Assembly (NCBI GenBank): GCA_965235115.1
Contig: OZ249440.1
Span: 32,366,001 to 32,430,000, forward strand
Source: Laetmonice hystrix
Taxonomy: Eukaryota
Length of the DNA stretch: 64,000 nt
Direction of reading: 5' to 3'
The notes below the pieces were generated by a model. That model searched no databases, was not told the origin of the DNA, and worked only from the letters and a program-made list of their open reading frames with translations. This document shows positions 50,801 to 62,382 of the stretch, piece after piece. Made by a program: the position numbers and the translations under genes. The first letter of the stretch is position 1, and the number at the start of each line of letters is the position of its first letter.

Positions 50801-52510
50801 AAAAAGTAATGATTGTAATTCAATGAAATTTTTCTTACTGTCACTTCATGATGTTGTCTCTTAGTTGTTAATGTTACAACTCAATAGCTTGGATAATATT
50901 TCCGTAGCGCTAAAAACAAAAATCATTGTACAAAAGCGCAATGGGCTAAAGCGAGTGGTAGTCGCACCAGAGTCCCTGGCCTCACACTAGAGTAGGTGGT
51001 CACTCGGTCCCCCGTTTTCACTTCATACTGCTCTCAGTCTCTTTTTCCATGAGCCAATGCACTTCCTGATCTCTGATAGGGAATTATCTTCCCAATTTTG
51101 GGAAATACGAAGCGTTCTGAATGTGTTGCTAAACGTGATAATGATACGATTTCCCTTGAACTTCTGGTTACAGTCATATCGTCCTAATGTTGCAGTTTTT
51201 CTGTAGGGTTTGGCACATTAAACATCTGGTTTTCTCTAGAAGTACTAGGAATAGCACATAATTTATTATATCTAGTGGTTCACAACATTATACATATTGT
51301 AAAACATGCAAAAACTAAATATTGAAAACTTTTTTACCCAAGGTACAATGCGGTGCATCAAACAGGTCAAATTGGACACCTAGCAGCTGCATGATATTTG
51401 ACCTAATTCCGGCATTGCGTTTTTAGACAATGATTTTTGTTTTTAGCGCCACGTGATTAATATTAAAGCTATTGAGCTGACACTTTAACATACCAGGCTA
51501 CAGACTATATAGTAATTGTACAGCCTATTTTAAAAACGGTAGACCTAATGTCTATCTTTACGATCTACCATAGACGTGTTCTGTCCAGGGTAAAGTCAGC
51601 TTCGGAAAGTCATAGAACAAACTGGTGTCGATCGAAATCGGCCCCCGTTCGCGTTGGATCAGCCTGCGGTGTTTGCTCAAAATGGACTCGATAGGAAAGT
51701 TGGAAAATGAGTCGTTATACTGTGTTAAATAGAGTAATCGGAAATGAGAAATAGTTACATCCCCACACGTAGCCAAAGAATTCGGCTCTGTGCTCTGTAC
51801 AGAGCCGAAGGTCGCCGTTCAGAATTTCCGAGCGTACCCGGACAGATCCTCTGTTTTCCATGAAAAGCCCTTGTCTCTATATGTTGATGAAATATTGATA
51901 AATAAACTCAAACTAACTTATCTCTCATATCTGCAAGCTGGAAAAGCACGATGCGACACAATAAAGACAGTCACATCTCTCGAACCGAGAAATTTCAATG
52001 CTCGTTGACCGGCGGAGAGATGCATGCCGGGATATCAAAGGCAACATTGCGGCCGGTAAAACGCAGTTAGACGGGTGATCTAGACATGAATTTGACGTTG
52101 TACTATTAGAAACACTACTTCAGGACTCATTACACCTACTGTCGAGATAAATGGATGCCGGTGAGTTGATCAGTGCAAGCGGTGGTGGTCTGGCCGGTGT
52201 ACGGTATGACCCACCAGGAATTTACATCGGCTGTCTGTAAGCCTTGCTGGCCCGGCGCAAGGCTTACTACGTAGGCTACCCCACACGGAGCCCTTGCTAA
52301 ATGTTTGGCATCACTACACTCGAGAGGACTTTGGGAAATAAGACATTACAATGCAAGTACATGTATAGAGTACCCTAATTCGGAAATAAGATGATCTCAA
52401 CTTCCATACAGGTCCCGTTTGTCAACATTAAATTTTGTAGAATCGTGACAGGCTGGTATCTAAGCGCTCCTGACTTCACTTCACTTCACGGGCAAAAGGC
52501 AGGGTCTGTC
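50801..52510 (+). repeat. 1.7 kb direct duplication, copy 1
   Basis: Matches 55399-57108 at offset 4598; the ORF-track translations of the two copies are identical. Confidence 0.95.
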
Positions 52511-52958
52511 TAACGCTAATTCAGATTGCTTTCTCAGTTTTCCCTTACTGGGGCAGTTGTCACTTGTTGAACATTTCATAGATTTTATAGAGTTGGTTAA
52601 ACTAGAGTTATGGGCGACCGTTTTCGAGCTGCTGGCCGATTTCAGCAGCACTGCAGCAGTATTGGCAGTAGGCGCCCGAACCGAGGTGCACGTAGCACTG
52701 AGCTGTAGAATGTTCAGGTTTTTAGCCCGACTTGGAAAAGAAGGAACAGAAGTTACATCTCCAAGTGCAGTCTAAAACAACTGGACGTGCTGACCATTTT
52801 ACTTTGTTCTCACACTTTCTTTGGTACCACGACTGTCAATCTAGGATGCTTTGAGGGGGGCTAGGCCTAGGGCTAGGCTTGGTCCCATTGGCCGTCCCTT
52901 TCGTGACGTATGGAGCGATTATAGCGTCAGAACGGCCTGAAGTTTCTAGGTCACGTTA

Positions 52959-53389
52959 AGCTGGGTTTATACTTTTGACGCTGTTGCCCGCCATTATACG
53001 CCAGCATACGCACGCAGCCGGCCGCTCCCGGCGTTCGCAAGCGCATAGGTTTATAGTTTCCACGCTAGCGAGTACACGCCGTATAATGGCGCATGTCAGC
53101 GTAACATTTTCCAGAGTTCAACTGTGTTGAACTTTCAAGATGTGCGCTGGCATACGGCGACAATTCAGCCAATCAAAGCTAGCCAAATTAGGTCAAATTA
53201 CGATTTCACCGCGGAGCCTTGAGGATAGGTCGGCGCTTGCCAGCGTTTACTTGCGCGAGTTTAGACTTGGGGGAGTGACGCTAGACGTACAGTCAGGTCT
53301 GCCGGCACTCGCTAGCTTACGCCGCCAACTGGCGTAGGGTATGCTCGCGTATTACGGCGGCCGACGGCGTCAAAAGTATAAACCTAGCT
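52959..53389. mobile_element. PIF/Harbinger-like MITE
   Basis: TIR AGCT(A/G)GGTTTATACTTTTGACGC at both ends; flanks TTA/TCA. Confidence 0.8.
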
Positions 53390-54299
53390 TCAGGCGTGCA
53401 ATTTTAGCACTTTCGGTTGGCAATAAATTCTTACTCCGGTAAGTAAATATATTAAAAACACACAGAGAGGTGCCTTATAATATGAGATAGGCGTTTCCGT
53501 TGCCAAAAAAGGTGTTTTATTCCTGTAATATATACACGCCAGCCTAACAATGTCAAATAACCAATAAATTATGTATACTGCCCGATACACCATGTCATTA
53601 CACAGTGTTTCCGGGTCCAATAAATCTCGCATTCACCAGAACCATGGATGGCGTGGATTACTAACCTCTAGAGCATGAGCCACATCATGCCCTGACAAAT
53701 GGCGACAACTGCCCTGACCAAATGGCAATGGTGACTGAACACTGCCTTGACTAAACTCCTTGGCCGAGTTCACGTGCATAACTCTAGGAACACTAGTGTT
53801 GGTCATGAATATGTTAATGAACCCATGTCACACGAACCGACTAGTGTTCCAATGGTTTCCGGGTCTCTTGATAGGGGTCGCTGGCGCTCCTATCCACCGG
53901 TGCCCATTGAGTTTGCCTTGACTGCCCATATTCGCAATGACTTATGGGAGCTTCGCCATATTGGAACACTAGCAATCCCTGCCAAGGGGGTGGGTTGGTC
54001 GTGTTAGACCAAACTAGGTCAAATGACGTCACTAGAGCTGCAATACTGGGCAGTTTTAGTGAAACACCACTAGCCCAATTAACTCGAGTCGACCACACGA
54101 ACTCAGCCCTTGACACCTAACCTGACGACCTTTCACACCCTTATTGGGGCATGTTAACAAATAGAGAGTTTGTGTGCGGCTATCGTTTGCAACCAATCGT
54201 CGATGAATCTGTCGCCATCTTGCTTCGAATTGAATTAGGGGTGACGTCATGGGCATGTTTCTGGTAAAAGCCCGACACCCCCTGGATCCGCCACTGATC

Positions 54300-54805
54300 C
54301 TTGTGCCTTACACTTGGCAAGAACATTCATAACGGCACCATCCTTTTCCAGTGAGGTTATCTGCCCAGAAAATTTTTACCCCTCATAATCGACCATCACA
54401 AACTGCCCAACAGTGACACTTTTGTGAAGTGGCTGCTTAAGTTGTCTCCAATTAGAACTTTCTTTCCAGACATTGACATGAAGTAGAAACGTGCTTTTCA
54501 AGCAGTCCGTGAAACAACAACTATCAAACCATCTACTCCAACTCCTGTTATATCGTGTTCCCTTCGTCCTCCTTCGGTCCATGTTGTCCATAAGTTTTCT
54601 GCTTTATAAACCACTCATTTGTTCAGCGGCAGATCCACAGAACATCACTGAAATGGATGACTTTGAGCTATCTTTGATTCTCTCTGCATACTTCACTTCT
54701 CGCTTGAAGATGCATTTCTTGTTGCCAGGATCGTCGCAAAGATTAGTCTCATCATAATTGAAGATGTTCTGTGGAGATATCTGGTGACCATCCGTCAATG
54801 TCTTT
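54300..54805 (-). pseudogene. pogo/Fot1-type (DDE_1) transposase fragments
   Basis: PQNIFNYDETNLCDDPG (first catalytic D), ISVMFCGSAA, YNRS.S.WFD..CF, VGQFVMVDYEG. Confidence 0.8.
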
Positions 54806-54809
54806 TCCT

Positions 54810-55163
54810 GGGCCCGGATGCATAAAAGAGGAGGTAACTATACAGTGGTTCAGCCTATTCCAAGAATTGTTATTCACAGCTACCCGGTTTAGAAAATTTG
54901 GTATGCATAAAACCAAGTAGAACAATTCTGCGTAAAACTATACAAAGTATGAGCGTATTCCACAGTGTAGTGGTATTCCACGGTATTTGAGAGCAAAGCC
55001 ACCAGGAAATCCATAATTAGATGACCTGCACCCGTTATGTAATCACAAGACAGTTATAGCGGCCTCACAGTCAACATGTGGTCCCAAGGAGACACACAAA
55101 AAAGGAAAGAGGGAGGTGGAATGTCCGATACAGTTCTGCTTAAACCACCGTTATGCATACCGA
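54810..55163. mobile_element. Harbinger-like MITE
   Basis: CTG|GGCCCGGATGCATAA at the left and TTATGCATACCG at the right (imperfect). Confidence 0.45.
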
Positions 55164-55349
55164 CAATGGTTTAATAGTTTAAAATGTGTTTATGTGGATT
55201 TATAAGAGCCGTATAATAAAAGAATAAATGTACTCTTGTATGACAAAGAAGACATGGATTTATGTAAGGAGTAGGCCTATACTTGTGTCTTTTAGCACAT
55301 CGTAGTGCCACACAATGTGCAATCGTGCTTATAAGTATAGACCTCCATG

Positions 55350-56093
55350 TATCGGGTGGATAAAAAAAAACGCCCCGAAATTTAAACGTCAATATTTCAA
55401 AAAGTAATGATTGTAATTCAATGAAATTTTTCTTACTGTCACTTCATGATGTTGTCTCTTAGTTGTTAATGTTACAACTCAATAGCTTGGATAATATTTC
55501 CGTAGCGCTAAAAACAAAAATCATTGTACAAAAGCGCAATGGGCTAAAGCGAGTGGTAGTCGCACCAGAGTCCCTGGCCTCACACTAGAGTAGGTGGTCA
55601 CTCGGTCCCCCGTTTTCACTTCATACTGCTCTCAGTCTCTTTTTCCATGAGCCAATGCACTTCCTGATCTCTGATAGGGAATTATCTTCCCAATTTTGGG
55701 AAATACGAAGCGTTCTGAATGTGTTGCTAAACGTGATAATGATACGATTTCCCTTGAACTTCTGGTTACAGTCATATCGTCCTAATGTTGCAGTTTTTCT
55801 GTAGGGTTTGGCACATTAAACATCTGGTTTTCTCTAGAAGTACTAGGAATAGCACATAATTTATTATATCTAGTGGTTCACAACATTATACATATTGTAA
55901 AACATGCAAAAACTAAATATTGAAAACTTTTTTACCCAAGGTACAATGCGGTGCATCAAACAGGTCAAATTGGACACCTAGCAGCTGCATGATATTTGAC
56001 CTAATTCCGGCATTGCGTTTTTAGACAATGATTTTTGTTTTTAGCGCCACGTGATTAATATTAAAGCTATTGAGCTGACACTTTAACATACCA
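55350..56093 (+). mobile_element. Truncated copy of the Tc1/mariner-type MITE at 60642-61498
   Basis: Begins TATCGGGTGGATAAAAAAAACGCCCC; reverse-complement homolog of ~60755-61498. Confidence 0.88.
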
Positions 56094-57108
56094 GGCTACA
56101 GACTATATAGTAATTGTACAGCCTATTTTAAAAACGGTAGACCTAATGTCTATCTTTACGATCTACCATAGACGTGTTCTGTCCAGGGTAAAGTCAGCTT
56201 CGGAAAGTCATAGAACAAACTGGTGTCGATCGAAATCGGCCCCCGTTCGCGTTGGATCAGCCTGCGGTGTTTGCTCAAAATGGACTCGATAGGAAAGTTG
56301 GAAAATGAGTCGTTATACTGTGTTAAATAGAGTAATCGGAAATGAGAAATAGTTACATCCCCACACGTAGCCAAAGAATTCGGCTCTGTGCTCTGTACAG
56401 AGCCGAAGGTCGCCGTTCAGAATTTCCGAGCGTACCCGGACAGATCCTCTGTTTTCCATGAAAAGCCCTTGTCTCTATATGTTGATGAAATATTGATAAA
56501 TAAACTCAAACTAACTTATCTCTCATATCTGCAAGCTGGAAAAGCACGATGCGACACAATAAAGACAGTCACATCTCTCGAACCGAGAAATTTCAATGCT
56601 CGTTGACCGGCGGAGAGATGCATGCCGGGATATCAAAGGCAACATTGCGGCCGGTAAAACGCAGTTAGACGGGTGATCTAGACATGAATTTGACGTTGTA
56701 CTATTAGAAACACTACTTCAGGACTCATTACACCTACTGTCGAGATAAATGGATGCCGGTGAGTTGATCAGTGCAAGCGGTGGTGGTCTGGCCGGTGTAC
56801 GGTATGACCCACCAGGAATTTACATCGGCTGTCTGTAAGCCTTGCTGGCCCGGCGCAAGGCTTACTACGTAGGCTACCCCACACGGAGCCCTTGCTAAAT
56901 GTTTGGCATCACTACACTCGAGAGGACTTTGGGAAATAAGACATTACAATGCAAGTACATGTATAGAGTACCCTAATTCGGAAATAAGATGATCTCAACT
57001 TCCATACAGGTCCCGTTTGTCAACATTAAATTTTGTAGAATCGTGACAGGCTGGTATCTAAGCGCTCCTGACTTCACTTCACTTCACGGGCAAAAGGCAG
57101 GGTCTGTC
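55399..57108 (+). repeat. 1.7 kb direct duplication, copy 2
   Basis: Matches 50801-52510. Confidence 0.95.
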
Positions 57109-57195
57109 ACACACCACTGGTATGACTAGTCAGGTCAACAAGCCCCATTTTACCCTCTCGCGCGTTTACCCTCTCGGACGGGAAAAAGTTGCACG

Positions 57196-59765
57196 ACTGT
57201 TGGATTAAAGACCTAAACAAGCTTTTGAACGATCAAAAATCTAACAGCCACAAACATTCTTTCTGTCCTTATTGTCTCCACAGATTTACCAAGAAAATAC
57301 TCGCTCACCACATCCCGTATTGTCAAATTCATGGCCCTCAGAAAATTGAACTGCCTACAGAAAAAGACAAATGGCTTTCCTATACGGATGTATCCAAGCA
57401 ACTGAAAGTGCCGTACGTGATCTACGCTGATTTTGAGTGTTTTGCCACCAAAATAGACACGTGTTCTCCTGACCCATCCCACTCGTACACTCACAAGCTG
57501 ACCCAACACGTCCCGTCATGTTTTGCCTACAAGCTGGTAGGTTTAAATGACGATTACTCTCAGGATCCTGTCGTTTACCGTGGAGGATGTGGCAGACACG
57601 TTTATCGAACACATGCTAAAAATACAAGACCGCTTGGACCTTGTGTACAAAAACCCAAAACCCCTTCACATGACCGTCGTAGACTGGAGGGCGTTCCAGA
57701 CTACAGAGCACTGTCACATCTGTCATGGAGTCCTCGGAGATGATAGAGTGAGGGATCACTGCCATATCACCGGTACGTTCCGAGGTGCAGCCCATAACGA
57801 GTGTAACATTAAATACAGATTGCGCAATCGCACCCCTGTCGTCTTTCACAACCTGAGAGGATACGATGCCCACCTGATTATGCAAGCCATAGGCAAAGCT
57901 GATAAAGAGGTCAAATGTATTCCCAACAACATGGAGAAATATGTATCGTTTTCCATGGGTTCTATGGATTTCATCGATAGTTTCCAGTTCCTACCAGCTT
58001 CTTTGGGAAAACTCGTGTCCAATCTCAAAGAATTTAAGCACTTACAAGCTCATTTCCCTGAAAGTCAGATGCCACTGCTGTTGCGTAAGGGTGTTTACCC
58101 CTATGATAACGTTGATTCTCCAGCTAAACTCCAAGAAACACAGCTTCCTCCGTTATCGGCTTTTGATAATATACTCATTGGAGAGTCCATTACAGAAGAG
58201 GATTACACACATGCCAATCAGGTGTGGACGGCATTTGACATCACATCTTTGGGAGAATACCACGATCTCTATCTGCTGTCTGATACTTTACAACTTGCTG
58301 ATGTGTTTGAAAACTTCAGAGACATTTGTCTTGCCTATTACGAACTGGATCCAGCCCACTTTTACACCTCACCCGGGCTGGCTTGGCAAGCCTGATTGAA
58401 AATGACAGGTCAAAGGTTAGAGCGCGGGACTGATTTGGACATGCACTTGTCCATTGAGAAAGGACTGCGGGGCGGGATATCTTTGATATCCAACCGCTAC
58501 GCGACGGCTAACCACCCGTACCTCCCGGACTTTGGGGGTTGACCCCCACACCCCCTCCCAGTACATCATGTATCTGGATGCAACAAACCTGTATGGATGG
58601 GCCATGTCAGAACCTCTACCCAGCCACGGTTTCTATTGGACTGATCCCGTCGATGTGACAACAGTACCTGATGACAGCAAGGAAGGATATATATTAGAAG
58701 TAGATCTGGATTACCCTTCACATCTTCATGACCTACATAACGACTACCCACTAGCACCTGAAAGTCTCACTGTCACCCCCAATATGCTCTCACCCTACTG
58801 TCAGGAACTAGGTCACAGCTGTCATTCTGTAGAGAAGCTAGTTCCTAACTTACTCCCCAAAACCCGCTATGTGGTACACTACCATAACCGGAAACTCTGT
58901 CACTTGGCATGGTGCTGACCAAGATTCATCGCGTGCTGGCCTTTCAACAGAGTCCCTGGCTCAAATCATACATAGATTACACGGAAAAGAGAAAAGCAGC
59001 GACAAATGATTTTCAACAGGATTTCTTTAAACTGATGAACAACAGCGTATTCGGTAAAACCATGGAAAATCTTCGCAAACGTATTGATGTCAAACTGGTC
59101 AACTCTGAGAAAAAAGTCAAGAAACTGGCGTGTAAACCCACCTTTCACGCCTTTAAACTGTTTAATGAAGACCTGGCTGCAGTGCACATGAGAAAAGCTA
59201 AACTGGAATTGAACCGACCCATCTACGTTGGTTTCTGCATTCTGGATCTTTCTAAGACTCTCATGTATGATTTTCACTACTCCTACATGCTTCAGAAGTA
59301 TCAAGAAAACGCAAAGTTGTTGTTCAAAGACACAGACAGCCTCTGCTATGAAATTACAACTCCAGACATCTACATGGATATGGCAGTCGACTCATTATTT
59401 CGACACGTCAGACTACCCCCAAGACCATGTTCTCCACAGCACAGTCAATACAAAAGTGCTAGGTAAGATGAAGGACGAATGTGCTGGAATACCACCGTCC
59501 GAGTTTGTAGGCCCGAGGTCGAAAATGTACAGTCTTTTGTACGATGGGAAAGAGAAAAAGATAGCCGGGCGGTAGTGAAAAACCAACTTCGTCATGAAGA
59601 CTATAAAGACACTCCGTTTGAGAAAGCCAGAAAGATGAACACAATGGCTCAAATTCGCAGCTACAACCACTAACTTTATACTATACGTTTGAACAGAACG
59701 AGCCTCTCCCCCTATGATGACAATCGGTATATCCTGGACAACGGCTGTGACACCCTGGCGTATGT
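57196..59765 (+). pseudogene. Polinton/Maverick-type protein-primed DNA polymerase B
   Basis: YADFE (Exo I); CHIC...DHCH.TG.FRGAAH..CN insertion; FHNLRGYD (Exo II); RKGVYPYD; YLDATNLYGWAM (A); KLMNNSVFGK (B); DTDS (C); GKMKDE, KMYS, SPYDD. Several frameshifts and stops. Confidence 0.95.
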
Positions 59766-59929
59766 GTGATTTAAATAAAACTTAAAAAGAAAAACAATAT
59801 TTTGTGTTTGGGTGGGAATGGCGCTATACTAAGATGTACACACGCTAAAAACTTAACGTAGTCAATTATCAGCCCGATCGCACGTCCCCCCGTGTCCCTA
59901 TATACCCCTGTATCACTGCGCCCGCAGCA

Positions 59930-60370
59930 CCTGCAACGCCCGCAAAGCCCGCAAAGCCCGCACTCCAGGGTCGGAGTCACTCTGGGAGTCACTCCAGGAG
60001 TCACTCCGACTCCGGGAGTCACGGGGGGGGGGTCACTCCCACTCCTTGGTCAAAGACATGTTACTATAAATAGCAGGGCTGGGTACTATAAATAACGCAA
60101 GATGGTGGTTCCTCCTTGTTAGGTGCTATTAATAGCGCTGACATAATTGTCTGCAAGAGTCGACTTGTTGTGCTGACTGGGAGTGGGGTGTGTCCTTCCT
60201 GCTATAAATAGTATGGGCCCCCTTGTTAGGTGCTATAAATAGCGCTGACGTCATTGTCTGCAAGAGCCAACTTGTGCTGACGGGGGGGGGGTGTTGCTAT
60301 AAATAACGTGGTAGGGTACCATAAATAGCGCTGACGTCATCGTCTGCAGGCTAGTTAGCTGACGTCACCC
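59930..60370 (+). repeat. Repeat block downstream of PolB (probable Polinton subterminal region)
   Basis: GGAGTCACTC x4-5, repeated TATAAATAG, and ~100-bp units containing ATAGCGCTGAC(G)TCA..GTCTGCA. Confidence 0.6.
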
Positions 60371-60641
60371 GGGGGGCCGTTCCACATACTTGGGGGGGGG
60401 GGGGGGGGGTGCGGCTGTGGGGGGCCATTTTTCCCCATTGGAATAACATAGGACCAGGTGGCCCAGGACCGGCAGTTTGACACTACTCCTGTTAGCCTGT
60501 ACTGTGCTGCAAACACGCTGGCGGGTAGAAGCTGAGCTTGTTGACATGGCCAGTTAGACCGGTGGTGCGTGACGGCCTTTTGACTTACCAAAAGTTGTCC
60601 CTGGGTCAGGCTTGAGTGAGCAGGGCTGGAATTGACCTATA

Positions 60642-61498
60642 TATCGGGTGGATAAAAAAAACGCCCCGAACTTTAAACTTTAATATTCCAAAAACTATGC
60701 ATTATAATTAAACAAAATGTCTCTTAATATCACTTCATCATATTATCTCTGGTATGTTAAAGTTTCAGCTCAATAGCTTTGATATTAATCCTGTGGCGCT
60801 AAAAACAAAAATCAGTGTCTAAAAATGCAATGCCGGAATTAGGTCAAATATCATGCCGCTGCCAGGTGTCCAATTTGACACCTGTTTGATGCACCGCATT
60901 GTACCTTGGGTAAAGAAAAATTCAATATTTAGTTTTTGCATGTTTTACAATATGTATCATGTTGTGGACCACTAGATATAATAAAATATGTGCTATTCCT
61001 AGTACTTTTAGAGAAACACAGATGTTTAATGTGCCAAACCCTACAGAGAAACTGCAACATTAGGACGACGTGACTGTAACGAGAAGTTCTAGGGAAATCG
61101 TATCATTATCACGTTTAGCAACACGTTCAGAATGTTGCCTATTTCCCAATGTTGGGAAGATATTTCCCTATCAGAGATTAGGAAGTGCATTGGCTCATGG
61201 AAAAAGAGACTGAGAGCAGTATGGAGTGAAAACGGGGGACCGATTGACCACCTACTCTAGTGTGAGGCCAGGGACTCTGGGAGCGACTACAACTCGCTTT
61301 AGGCCGGCATTGCGCTTTTGTACAATGATTTTTGTTTTTAGCCCCACGGAAATATTATCCAAGCTATTGAGTTGTAACATTAACAACTAAGAGAACACAT
61401 CATGATCTGATAGTAAGAAAAATTTCATTAAATTACAATCATTACTTCTTGAAATATTGAAGTTTAAAGTTTGGGGCGTTTTTTTTATCCACCCGATA
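60642..61498. mobile_element. Complete Tc1/mariner-type MITE
   Basis: Long TIRs TATCGGGTGGATAAAAAAAACGCCCC; TA on both flanks. Confidence 0.88.
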
Positions 61499-62029
61499 TA
61501 AGCACCATGGTAAAGATAGTATACCCCCCCCCCCCCCGCCTGCTACAGCTAATTGCTATGAGATAAAGCGACCAGACCATTTTATTCCAACACATTCATA
61601 AGCTATATCTACATATTGTATGGCACTATGATGTGCTAAAAGACACACTTTAAGTGTAATCCTGACATTATAAATCCAGGTCTTGTTTTCATACAGTAGT
61701 AAATATATTCTTTTATTATACTGGGGTGTTATAAATCCATAGGGAACCATAATACACTGTTGGTAAGCTACATGTGTCAGTGTCAATGTGTATGGTGAGT
61801 GGTGCAGAGTCTCTGACGGTGGGCGGGGGTGTGCGCATCAGTGCATTACATATCATCTTACGGTGAGCTGGGGGGGGGGAGCCCCTTACGCTCGCCGTAA
61901 GGGTGCGCATCAGTGCGTTACATATGACTTTACAGAGAGCGGAGGGAAGTCCCTTACGCTGAGCGTAAGGCAGCGTAAGGGGGCGGGAAGTGTGACATTA
62001 CGCTGCGCCGTAAGGGACATGATTTGGTG

Positions 62030-62340
62030 CAGTGGAAGAGCAAGAAGCAGGGCCTCTCCTGAGAAGATGGAACTTTGCCCTGGGATGCGGGTGCCGAAGT
62101 TGTGCTTACCATGAACTCCTGCTGCAGACACATCATTCCCATCCTTTGAGCCGTCAGTATAGAAGGCATAATATAAGGGATACTTTGCCTGGGCGTCAAG
62201 AAAATGTTCAAAATATGTCAACGAATGAGTCTCTGACTTCTTCAGTTGAGCCAATGACGTCAGACTTTTCCAGGTCCCAAGGAGGAATGTTGCAAAAATG
62301 TGTCTGCCACGTTCAGTTCAACATCCAGTTCCTCTAGATG
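62030..62340 (-). pseudogene. I-group LINE RNase H fragment
   Basis: IPPW upstream, then FYTDGSK...RIP..SSIFSGE, the RNase H motifs of I-clade ORF2. Confidence 0.8.
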
Positions 62341-62382
62341 AGGTACAAAAGGACGTATACGTTTCCGGTTCCTAGGCATCTG

